NCBI GenBank assembly: GCA_965205205.1
Contig: CBDBFX010000002.1
Location: 1,053,475-1,117,474 of the forward strand
Length of the DNA: 64,000 bases
Reading direction: 5' to 3'
Origin: Arenicellales bacterium
GTDB taxonomy: Bacteria; Pseudomonadota; Gammaproteobacteria; Arenicellales; JAJDZL01
Part shown: one piece after another, positions 10,077 to 18,464 of the stretch
Position numbering within the stretch: position 1 is the stretch's first letter
Layout: the number at the start of each line of letters is the position of its first letter
Notes under the pieces: generated by a model
What the model saw: only the letters and a program-made list of their open reading frames with translations
What the model was told of the DNA's origin: nothing
Databases searched by the model: none
Translations under genes and position numbers: made by a program

Positions 10077-11258
10077 CTATTCGATCGGCGGACGATTCAG
10101 AATTTCCTGAAGCAGCTGGTAGGAACCGGAAAGGTCTGGCACCTGTGCCACCAAGGGCGACGACAGCAGATCATCCAACGCGAGTGAGAATTGAGTGACG
10201 GACGATGCCTCGACATCAAACTGATCATCGATCACAGTCTTTACAAACTCCAGATTCGCCCGGTAAACTTCTGACTGTTCTCTTAATGCGGCCATCTGCG
10301 CGGCGGCCAATGACAGTTTGAGATGTTGAACGAGGTCATCGTGAAGATTCGGATTGATCGGCAGGGCGGCCGTATCTGAAATGCGCCTGATGCGAATCAG
10401 CGATTTCACATCCAGCCAGACCGCATCAAGCGTCGCGCCAATCGCTGTCGCCGGTTCGGAATCGGACTCGTCCATCGTGTGAGCAGGTGTATCGGCCGGC
10501 AGTACCGGAAGTTGCGTGCGAATCGGCAACTTACCGATTGTGTCGATCAACTCCAGCAGTCGGGTTGAAATGCTGCCAAGATCAACCGTCTGCATCGTTT
10601 TCAGCAATTCGATTTCTCTGTTCAGCTGAGCGCGGACGATCAGCAGCTGCGGGTCGGAAACCCGCCCAACCTGATCGGCGACGGTTTTCCAGACCGGCAG
10701 GACCACCGTCGGGTCACCGGTCAGCTGCAGCTGTTTGGCACCAATCAGCAGCAGCAGGGAAACATCATCCAGCTCCCAATCATCGGGGCGCGATGCATGG
10801 TTCTGGAAAATAGCTGACGCCGATTCAATGACGGCATTGAGTTTTTCGTCGAATTCAGCATTTGACGCGGTCAGTCTGGAATCCAGCTCACCCAGCTGGT
10901 CGGATTGATGCTGCAGCTGCGACTGCAGTTCCTGGGTCTCCGAATGCTGCTGTGCAGTCTGTCGTTTTTCACTTTCCTGAATCGACTGAACCGCGTCGAC
11001 GAGGCTCGCAATCGCAGCGCGATTACTTTGAATCTGTGGCACAGTTTGCAACTCAAGCCGATACCCAAGATAGCCGCCGCCACCCACTGCAATCAGTGCG
11101 AGCAGAACCACAGCCGCAATGCCCCGGCGTCTGCGGGGAGCGGGTGTTTTGCGTTCCGCCTTCGTTTTACCTGTCGGTGCGGCTTCTTCGGCCGGCACAG
11201 ATTGTTCGGCTGACGGCTGGACCGGCTCCTGAGCCGTCTGATTTTCCGGTTCTGCCAT
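10077..11258 (-). CDS. hemX: HemX family protein (uroporphyrinogen-III C-methyltransferase-like membrane protein)
   Basis: It lies between hemD and hemY. It has a Pro/Glu/Ala-rich N-terminus, one TM helix (IAAVVLLALIAVGGGGYLGY) and a coiled-coil-like Q-rich region typical of HemX. Confidence 0.7.
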   Translation of the reverse strand: MAEPENQTAQEPVQPSAEQSVPAEEAAPTGKTKAERKTPAPRRRRGIAAVVLLALIAVGGGGYLGYRLELQTVPQIQSNRAAIASLVDAVQSIQESEKRQTAQQHSETQELQSQLQHQSDQLGELDSRLTASNAEFDEKLNAVIESASAIFQNHASRPDDWELDDVSLLLLIGAKQLQLTGDPTVVLPVWKTVADQVGRVSDPQLLIVRAQLNREIELLKTMQTVDLGSISTRLLELIDTIGKLPIRTQLPVLPADTPAHTMDESDSEPATAIGATLDAVWLDVKSLIRIRRISDTAALPINPNLHDDLVQHLKLSLAAAQMAALREQSEVYRANLEFVKTVIDDQFDVEASSVTQFSLALDDLLSSPLVAQVPDLSGSYQLLQEILNRPPIE

Positions 11259-11294
11259 GTCAAATAACCTCGGTTCAGTGAAATTTCTCCAATA

Positions 11295-12107
11295 TCAGCA
11301 ACTGTCAGCTATGTTATTCGAGTCGCGATTCCGCAGATCATTCTGCTTCCACAATCTTGTCATCAATTCAATTACAGTCTCGTCTGAAGGCACATCGGAT
11401 ACGAAGATGTTTTCGAATCCTCTTGGCTGCAGTGCTTTCTGAATGCGCCTGCTATATGCGATAACAGAAGCATGTCTGAGCTCATTGATGAACGCTTTGT
11501 CTAGCATATCAAACAGATTATCCGCCGCTTCCACGCTGGTAAGAACGATAAAATCCACACCACGACTCCGCAGAGCGTCTTTCAGCTCACTTGCATCTGA
11601 CTGCGGACGCACCCGATTGTATACCACCGCATGTGTTACAACCTCACAACCTTTGTCTTCCAGCATACGTACCAGTAACACACTGCGCGCACCCCCACCA
11701 TCGAAAAATATCACTTTCTCACCCGCAATTTTCTGCATGGACGGGTGATCCATCAGTGCAGACGCACCATAATTCTCGGTCGGCGCAATGACCTTCCTGG
11801 CACCGAATTCGCGACGCAGCGCAGCCGCCGTTCTACCGCCAACCGCCGCACATCGAAGCGACTCCGGCCACTGACCACCGGTCCGCTTAAAATATTCGGC
11901 CACCGCCGCTACCGCGTTGCGGCTGATGAAAATGGCGAGATCGTGCTCGGTAAAACTCCCATCATCCAGACCTTGAGTGCAATGTTCAATGCCCAAAGTT
12001 GGAAAGACAATGGGCCGCCCACCCAGACGGCAGACTTCATCTCTAAGACAATCCGCATACGCCTGCGGCCGCGTGATTAAGACCGCCGCTCCATTCAGCC
12101 CTGCCAT
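11295..12107 (-). CDS. hemD: Uroporphyrinogen-III synthase
   Basis: This 270-aa HEM4-like protein sits immediately downstream of hemC. The N-terminus reads VLITRPQAYADCLRDEVCRLGGRPIVFPTLGIE. Confidence 0.8.
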   Translation of the reverse strand: MAGLNGAAVLITRPQAYADCLRDEVCRLGGRPIVFPTLGIEHCTQGLDDGSFTEHDLAIFISRNAVAAVAEYFKRTGGQWPESLRCAAVGGRTAAALRREFGARKVIAPTENYGASALMDHPSMQKIAGEKVIFFDGGGARSVLLVRMLEDKGCEVVTHAVVYNRVRPQSDASELKDALRSRGVDFIVLTSVEAADNLFDMLDKAFINELRHASVIAYSRRIQKALQPRGFENIFVSDVPSDETVIELMTRLWKQNDLRNRDSNNIADSC

Positions 12108-12122
12108 GCGAACGATTCCAAA

Positions 12123-13037
12123 TCAGACTCCAGCGAGGATTTTCTGAGCGCCGCGTTGATGCAGTTTCTCCACCATCACCTCAATGCCGGATGACAGACG
12201 GTCAATGCTGCCGCTCAGCTTTTCGATGATGGTCTGCCGCGCATCGACTCGACCGACATAGGCCGACAGCTCGTAACGGTCGGCCTGACAATTTGCCAGA
12301 ACACCAATCGGAACATGGCAGCTACCGCCGAGACCGGCATTCACCATTCTTTCAGCTTCTACCTCAACATGGCTTGGTTCGTGATCAAGCATTTTCAAAT
12401 CCTCGATCAACTGCCGGTCACTTAGTCGACACTCGACACCCAATGCGCCTTGACCTGGGGAGGGAATATGTGGCAGCTGATGGAGAATTTCCGTGATTCG
12501 CTTTTCCAATCCGAGTCGGCGCAATCCGGAAACCGCCAGAACGATTGCATCGCACCCTCCATCATCCAGACGTTTAAGCCGGGTTGTTACGTTACCCCGA
12601 AGTGGAACAATGGTGAGGTCCGGTCGAATTGAAAGCAGTTGACTCTGTCGGCGTAAACTGCATGTACCGATTATGGCATTGGGTGGTAGATCTGTCAGTG
12701 ATTGATATTTTGAAGAAACGAGTGCATCGTAAGGATTTTCTCGCGGTAGAATGGCGGCAATATGAAACTCTTCACGCAGATCGACGGTTACGTCTTTCAT
12801 GGAGTGAACTGCGATATCAATTCGATGGTCCAACAACGCCCGTTCCAGTTCCTTGATAAACAGACCCTTGCCACCTAGTTCAGCGAGGAGAACGTCCTGC
12901 CGTAAATCCGCTTCGGTTTTGATTGGAACAATCTCAGTTTCAACTCCCGGCATCCGGGAATTGATGCGACCGGCGATATGATGAGCCTGCCACAGAGCGA
13001 GCTGACTGTCCCTGGTGCCGATTCGAACGACTGACAT
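12123..13037 (-). CDS. hemC: Hydroxymethylbilane synthase (porphobilinogen deaminase)
   Basis: MSVVRIGTRDSQLALWQA...GGKGLFIKELE...VHSMKDV...RGNVTTRL matches canonical HemC motifs. I chose the start at ATG 13037 rather than the extension to 13082. Confidence 0.95.
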   Translation of the reverse strand: MSVVRIGTRDSQLALWQAHHIAGRINSRMPGVETEIVPIKTEADLRQDVLLAELGGKGLFIKELERALLDHRIDIAVHSMKDVTVDLREEFHIAAILPRENPYDALVSSKYQSLTDLPPNAIIGTCSLRRQSQLLSIRPDLTIVPLRGNVTTRLKRLDDGGCDAIVLAVSGLRRLGLEKRITEILHQLPHIPSPGQGALGVECRLSDRQLIEDLKMLDHEPSHVEVEAERMVNAGLGGSCHVPIGVLANCQADRYELSAYVGRVDARQTIIEKLSGSIDRLSSGIEVMVEKLHQRGAQKILAGV

Positions 13038-13234
13038 TTCGTTAACGCCGGCCGCCAACCGTCTGGCGGCACAAGTCGACATTTTCAGTCATTTTTGAGT
13101 GCTGGGTGGACTAGTTGAAATGGTAAGGCGATCACGATTTTAATGAAATGGCAAGCTTAATGTGAAAACGCTGGGCAAATGATTCGAACGACTGAGCCTA
13201 CGAAATTGAACGGTCACTTTAGATCAAATGTGAA

Positions 13235-14266
13235 CCTAATTACCGTTTATATTAAGCCTAACTTTAGCAGTCTGTCGGGCATGGGTGGCGTTCTGAGTGC
13301 CACATAAGCCAAGCGTGGAATCAGATCGGGCAGTTGGAACCGGCGGTTGAACCGGTACTCGAACGCCGCCAGATACCGGTGCGCGTATTTGCCGCTGACC
13401 GAGTGATGGGTGCTGCGGATGGCCGACTTGACGTTGCCGAGCATGGTGTTCACCTAGTGAAACTCAGGCTTCTGGACACTGGCTTTGCCACCGCCGGTGA
13501 CCACCACCTGATGATCGAAACCAGCCTCGCTCAGGGCGTTGAAACAGGGCAGTCCGTCGGAACAGACCCAGGTGCCGTCCGCCAGATGCCGCCTCGCCCA
13601 GGCGGCGACCTCCGAGCTCCTGAAACCTTTGATCACGCTCAACTTCATGCGGAGCGGATGCCCCTGGTCGTTGGTCTGCACGGCCGCCAGGAACGGAGTC
13701 TCGGCGGCCGCCCCGCGGCCGCGTTTGCCACCGCTTCGCTCACCGCCGAGATACGCGTCGTCGATTTGCACCAGACCCTCCAGCTGATGTTTGTCATCGC
13801 GTTCCATCATCACCTGCATCAGCTTGTGCTTGATCCGCCAGGCCGCATCGTAGGAAATGCCCAGCTCGCGGTGCAGCTGCATCGCCGAGACGCCCTTTTT
13901 GCTCTGCGTCAGCAGGTAGATGGCCAGAAACCACACCGTCAGCGGCAGTTTGGTGGAACTGAAGATGGTGCCCGCCGTCACCGAGGTCTGGCGGTGGCAC
14001 CGATAGCACTGCTGCAGCCGGCGGGTGGTCAGCAGACAGGCCCGGTCATGTCCGCAGTGCGGACAGACAAAGCCCTTCGACCATCGCCACTCGAACAGCG
14101 CCTGAAAGCACTGTTCTTCGGTGCCGTAGGCTTTTAGAAAATCGGTCAGACTGATGCCTTTCTGAAACTGTATTGCGTTGCGAGCCATTGAATATCTCCC
14201 CATTATCAGTAAATTATGATATTATTAGTATATCACAAGTGCCGCTTATTATTCACGGTAATTAGG
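13235..14266 (-). mobile_element. IS1595-family insertion sequence (~1,032 bp) with an inactivated transposase
   Basis: The terminal inverted repeats are CCTAATTACCGT (13235-13246) and ACGGTAATTAGG (14255-14266). The 8-bp flanks are nearly identical: AATGTGAA on the left and AATGGAAT on the right. Confidence 0.8.
13247..14203 (-). pseudogene. IS1595-family (ISXO2-like) transposase interrupted by an in-frame TAG
   Basis: It has an N-terminal zinc ribbon (CPHCGH...CYRCHRQ) and a DDE domain. The reading ...KPEFH-TAG-VNTMLGNVK has its stop at 13454-13456. The related copy near 59.6 kb reads KPEFHWVNTMLGNVK, so TGG became TAG. Confidence 0.8.
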
Positions 14267-14338
14267 AATGGAATGTATTCGCTGAGAGTCACATCATAAA
14301 ATGTTAAAAAATGTGTAAAAAAACGGAGGTGACTCAAG

Positions 14339-14623
14339 ATGTTGAAGAAACGGTATTCGGAAGAATTCAAACAGATGGTTTGTGAGAAGATGCGGCAGGG
14401 GGTGGCGCCCTCGCAGTTGGCCCGCGAGTATGAGCCGCGGCTGCAGACGCTGTATCGGTGGAAGCGGGCGATGCTGCACGAGGGGCCGGACGCGGCGGCG
14501 GAAAGTGCCGCGAAGATACGGCAGTTGGAAAAGCAGGTTCGCCAGTTGAAGGAGGATAGGGAAATATTGGAAAAAGCGGCGACCTGGTTCGCAAGGGCAC
14601 ACGGACAAGGGCTGAGCAGGTAA
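14339..14623 (+). CDS. IS3-family transposase OrfA (HTH plus leucine-zipper part)
   Basis: MLKKRYSEEFKQMVCEKMRQGVAPSQLAREYEPRLQTLYRWKR followed by ...IRQLEKQVRQLKEDREILEKAATWFA is a typical IS3 OrfA. Confidence 0.85.
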   Translation: MLKKRYSEEFKQMVCEKMRQGVAPSQLAREYEPRLQTLYRWKRAMLHEGPDAAAESAAKIRQLEKQVRQLKEDREILEKAATWFARAHGQGLSR

Positions 14624-14625
14624 GC

Positions 14626-15501
14626 GTGTATCAGTTCATGTTGGCGAATCAGGTCTGTCATACGGTGGTGGCGATGTGTCGGGTGCTGCGCGTGTGTCGG
14701 CGCTCGTATTACAAATGGAAGCGTGCGGGGACGTCGGTGCGGGAGCGGCAGGATGACGGTCTGCGGCTGCGGATGCGCACCGTTCATACGGGTGCCAAGA
14801 GCAGTTATGGGGTGCGTCGGATGGCGATGGAGCTGCGCAAGCAGGAATGGCCGCTGTTGGGCTGTCGGCGGGTGCATCGGCTGATGCGTGCGGACGGACT
14901 GGTGGGTCGCACCTGGAAGAAGAAGGTGTTCACCACCACCCGTGCGGGTGATGGGGTGGCGGTGCCGGCGGATCTGGTGGGCCGACAGTTCGCCCGCGAG
15001 CGGCTCAATGAGCTGTGGGTGGCGGACTCGACTTACATCCGCGTGCGGGAGGGCTTCGGCTATCTGGCGCTGGTGACGGACGCCTGCTCTCGGCGCATCA
15101 TCGGCCGTCAGTTCGGTCTGTGCCATGATACCGAGCTGATGCTGGGTGCGCTGGGTCAGGCGGTGTGCAGTCGGCCGTGCGACGGCGTGGTCCATCATTC
15201 GGACCGCGGGGTGCAGTATCTGAGCGAGCGGTATCGGTCGTACTGTGCGCGGCACGGGGTGGTGCAGTCGGTGGGTCGGACTGGCAACAGTTATGACAAT
15301 GCGATGGCTGAATCGGTGTTTGCGACGCTCAAGCGGGAGTTGCTGATGGAGGATGACGGTGGTCTGGGTTTTGAGGACATGCGGCGGTGGCTGTATGACT
15401 ACATCGATGGCTTTTACAACGCCGAGCGTATGCATTCGAAGTTGGGGTGGAAGAGCCCGATCGAGTATGAGCGTGAAATTTTGGCACTCAGCATTTCGTG
15501 A
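14626..15501 (+). CDS. IS3-family transposase OrfB (DDE/rve integrase core), probably expressed as an OrfAB fusion by -1 frameshifting
   Basis: It has DSTYIRV...LALVTDACSRRIIG, HSDRGVQY, NSYDNAMAESVFATLKREL and YNAERMHSKLGWKSP. The orfB frame is open from 14560, overlapping orfA across the run GGAAAAAG (14569-14576). Confidence 0.85.
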   Translation: MYQFMLANQVCHTVVAMCRVLRVCRRSYYKWKRAGTSVRERQDDGLRLRMRTVHTGAKSSYGVRRMAMELRKQEWPLLGCRRVHRLMRADGLVGRTWKKKVFTTTRAGDGVAVPADLVGRQFARERLNELWVADSTYIRVREGFGYLALVTDACSRRIIGRQFGLCHDTELMLGALGQAVCSRPCDGVVHHSDRGVQYLSERYRSYCARHGVVQSVGRTGNSYDNAMAESVFATLKRELLMEDDGGLGFEDMRRWLYDYIDGFYNAERMHSKLGWKSPIEYEREILALSIS

Positions 15502-15522
15502 CATGTCACGAAATGCTGAGTG
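15485..15522. repeat. Perfect 38-bp palindrome (19-bp arms) spanning the IS3 orfB stop codon
   Basis: The sequence CACTCAGCATTTCGTGACA|TGTCACGAAATGCTGAGTG was read directly. It is followed by the duplicated octamer GATCCAGT at 15522-15529 and 15536-15543, so the first octamer shares base 15522 with the palindrome. Confidence 0.9.
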
Positions 15523-16056
15523 ATCCAGTGACCGGGATCCAGTAAGGGGTAGTGACTAACATTATTAACTGTGACCGAAACCGAATACAGTACAGGAAAT
15601 GTGAATGTTCAGTGGGTTGCTTTCATCACTACCGTCTTTACCGATGGCTCCTGCTTCAGCGACTAAAAAATGACGCCGACACTGATTCAATTCGAAAGGC
15701 ACAAATATCAAACGGTAATGGTTAATTTTGGATATTTGCTCATTATAGTTTGCTACGTGCGCCAATTAACCCGCTAGCTGAGGCGCTACGCCCTGCCGCG
15801 GACCGCTCAGCTCCAATACTGACTTCAGTCGGTGCGTCTGAAAACCGATCCAAACACCTCGCAACACAGCCAGCAGTCCCATCGGCACCAGAGTAACCGC
15901 CCTAGATATCCCTGATTTCGAAAACCGCTACATTTCCGTCTCTAATTCATGCTTTAATTGCGATCTAATCTCAAAATATTGTTTTTCAGGCATCATTCAC
16001 CCTGGAACAGAAATTGCCCAGACTCCAATTTCATTGGGTACAAAGAGGATATTACG

Positions 16057-18390
16057 TTGAAAAACTACACTGCAAAAGAATGGTTTGAAATATACGAACA
16101 GCATGTTGAAGACGCTGGAGATGGAAAGTGGCTAGAGCATTTAGTGTGCGATCTGGGGCACAAAATTCCTGAATGGGATTTTCATCAAGTTGTTGGTTGG
16201 GCGGACTGGAGTGACAGGGAGACTTACTTTCCGGGTACGAAAGGAAACGATATTGGGATTGATAATGTGGGCATTCGTCCAGATGGGTCTTTGGTTGCAA
16301 TTCAATGTAAAGCTCGAACAGAGTGCGGACACATCGTAAAGAGAGATGTTGAGTCGTTCCTCTCTGCTGTGGGAGATGACATATGGGTTGAACGATGGAT
16401 AGTATCCAACGTGCAACCTTCCAATAACGTTGCACAATTGCAAAATTTACATACGACTCATCCAGTTAAATTTATTGATTTTGTGAATCCCGTTCGACAG
16501 CTTGTGCATCTGGAACTTAATCCGATCGAAGATGATCCAGAATTGACAGCTATGCAAAATGAAGCCGTCAATAGTATCGTTAGGCTATTGAAAGAACATG
16601 GATCTACTAGTCGTCCTGAATGGAATGAGGGCGAGTCTAGAGGATACATGGTGCTACCTTGTGGAACCGGCAAAACCCGAATCAGCTATCGTGTAATGAA
16701 AGAGTTGGTTAATGCAGGTGAAATTGCAGTCGTACTGGTCCCATCAATTGCTTTGGTTTCACAAATTAAGGGAGTGTATCAGTCGCTCGCAAGGAGAGAC
16801 AATCTCAATATCAGGTCATTAGCGATTTGCTCTGATGCTACCGCAGGTATGGCACCTCAAGACGAGAACAGAATTAATCTTGAAAGAGACCGAACAATTG
16901 ATGCTGGTTTTATTCGAACCAATGAAGTTGTTGGAGAGACTGCACTGAACGAAGGCCAAGTTAAAACATGGTTGAAAAAACATAAAGGCTCCAAAGCTAG
17001 AATTGTATTGTTCTCCACATACCAATCCGCACACAACACAGCAAAAGGATTGCTTGATCTCGGTCTGAAAGCAAAGCTGATGATTGGGGATGAAGCACAT
17101 CGCACTGCCGGAATTCGCAAGGTAAGAAATACTGAAAGGCAACTTAGTGAACGAATTCGAAATTTTACCCTTTGCCATGATAAGGATAAATTTCCGGCAA
17201 AGTATCGGCTGTACCAAACTGCCACCCCACGAATTTATACGAAAAAGCCGTTGGATGAAACAAATCGCTCGCTTTGGGAAGTACGGTCTATGAACGATGA
17301 GTCAACGTTCGGCTATGAGCTGTTCAGGCTCCAATACAGCGAAGCTGTTGATCGTAATCTTTTGTCGGATTATCGGATTATCGCTTGGGCAATGGGAGAT
17401 GAGGAAACCGATACCGCTCATAAACTTGCAAACGAATTAAATGAGAATACGGATGAGAAAAACTGGACGACAAGTCGTGCATTACGAGCCCTAGGATTGG
17501 TAGTGCTACTAGCAGGTGGAGTTCCATCAGTCAATATTCGCTCAGTGATTGCGTTTTGTAACAGAATAAGAAATTCATCTGAACTCACTGAAGCTGTTAA
17601 ATCTGAAACTGTTCGTAAGTGGCTAAAAAACTATTTGAACGAGAAAAAACCCAAGGCCTACAGAATTGCGCATGTGGATGCAAGCCATCGAATTAACTTC
17701 CGGAATGATCTGCTCAACGAGTTAGCCGCGGCATCAGAAGAAAAACCATATTGCATTTCAAATGTAGGGATATTTGGTGAAGGGACCGATAGTCCAGATT
17801 TGAGTGCGGTAGCATTTCTTGAACCGAGGAAGAGCCCTGTTGACGTTGTGCAGGCCGTTGGCAGAATCATGCGAAAATCTAGTAGGAAACGACTTGGGTA
17901 TATTTTCGTTCCGATCGTAATCCCACCATCTACAAATGCTGAACACTTTTTGAAGCATAGTACACCGGATGAAGGATGGAAAGAACTAGGCCAAATATTA
18001 CAAGCCCTTCGAGCACACGATTGTAGAATCGAAGATCAGCTGTCTGAGCTTATGGAAATTTATTTGCCCTCGCAGTCTGATGATGCAAAAGATCACTTCT
18101 TAGTAATTCAGGAACCAAGAAAGAAGAGTCAAATTATTGTCAAAACTACACGCCAAAATATAGAAAACGTAGTTGCAGGAAAAGGCGGTGATGACAATCG
18201 CTCAATTCTTGAACGATTAACGCAACACTCGGGTAAGCTCGTTCAAGTTTCTAGTGCAGAGGCATTGGTGGGAACACCACAGCCATATGATGTACATGCA
18301 GTTCGAAGAAAACTTGATGGTACTATTCTTATTGGCGGATATTCAACACAATTTTCTGAAACTTATGCAAGGGGGGGGGGGATTGCATAG
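16057..18390 (+). CDS. Mrr-like PD-(D/E)xK nuclease fused to an SF2 (DEAH) helicase/translocase, resembling the N-terminal two-thirds of a Type ISP restriction enzyme
   Basis: The nuclease motif is GNDIGIDNVGIRPDGSLVAIQCKAR. The helicase motifs are I LPCGTGKT, II GDEAHRTAG, III YQTATPR, V FGEGTDSPDLSAVAFL and VI QAVGRIMRK, followed by ILQALRAHDCRIED. There is no in-frame ATG near the 5' end. I chose TTG 16057, 7 nt after the SD-like AGAGGA (16044-16049); the track ORF starts at TTG 15958. The ORF ends 7 nt after a G11 tract. Confidence 0.85.
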   Translation: MKNYTAKEWFEIYEQHVEDAGDGKWLEHLVCDLGHKIPEWDFHQVVGWADWSDRETYFPGTKGNDIGIDNVGIRPDGSLVAIQCKARTECGHIVKRDVESFLSAVGDDIWVERWIVSNVQPSNNVAQLQNLHTTHPVKFIDFVNPVRQLVHLELNPIEDDPELTAMQNEAVNSIVRLLKEHGSTSRPEWNEGESRGYMVLPCGTGKTRISYRVMKELVNAGEIAVVLVPSIALVSQIKGVYQSLARRDNLNIRSLAICSDATAGMAPQDENRINLERDRTIDAGFIRTNEVVGETALNEGQVKTWLKKHKGSKARIVLFSTYQSAHNTAKGLLDLGLKAKLMIGDEAHRTAGIRKVRNTERQLSERIRNFTLCHDKDKFPAKYRLYQTATPRIYTKKPLDETNRSLWEVRSMNDESTFGYELFRLQYSEAVDRNLLSDYRIIAWAMGDEETDTAHKLANELNENTDEKNWTTSRALRALGLVVLLAGGVPSVNIRSVIAFCNRIRNSSELTEAVKSETVRKWLKNYLNEKKPKAYRIAHVDASHRINFRNDLLNELAAASEEKPYCISNVGIFGEGTDSPDLSAVAFLEPRKSPVDVVQAVGRIMRKSSRKRLGYIFVPIVIPPSTNAEHFLKHSTPDEGWKELGQILQALRAHDCRIEDQLSELMEIYLPSQSDDAKDHFLVIQEPRKKSQIIVKTTRQNIENVVAGKGGDDNRSILERLTQHSGKLVQVSSAEALVGTPQPYDVHAVRRKLDGTILIGGYSTQFSETYARGGGIA
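18371..18381. repeat. Homopolymeric G11 tract at the nuclease-helicase/methyltransferase junction
   Basis: I counted 11 consecutive G directly in ...TATGCAA-GGGGGGGGGGG-ATTGCATAG. Confidence 0.95.
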
Positions 18391-18464
18391 AGTGGGACCC
18401 TATTTCCACAAATAAAAAAGGCACTCAAATCATCAACGACGACAAGAAAGGTAAAAAAAGTCTG

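Larger units (their letters stand above)
14283..15561 (+). mobile_element. IS3-family insertion sequence (~1.28 kb); boundaries approximate
   Basis: It shows two-ORF orfA/orfB organisation with orfB in the -1 frame. The imperfect termini are TGAGAGTCAC... (14283) and ...GTGACTAACA (15561), which fit the TG...CA rule. I could not identify a clear 3-bp duplication. Confidence 0.7.

Noticed and set aside
13175-13200. A tRNA-like GTTCGAATC (T-loop-like) string on the minus strand between hemC and the IS1595 element
   Set aside because: The flanking bases do not form a T-stem, acceptor stem or CCA context, and no cloverleaf can be drawn. At most it is a degenerate tRNA or att remnant.
14233-15504. 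A 423-aa minus-strand ORF covering the whole IS3 element, and likewise the 267-aa plus-strand ORF at 13334-14137 over the IS1595 transposase
   Set aside because: Both are mirror-frame ORFs opposite strongly supported transposase genes. Their composition is biased (His/Arg/Pro/Gln runs) and they carry no recognisable motifs.
15565-15765. Short orphan ORFs at the edges of the AT-rich island (66 aa at 15565-15765 minus, 60 aa at 21093-21275 minus)
   Set aside because: They have no recognisable domains and could be gene fragments left by the island insertion. There is not enough evidence to call them as CDS.
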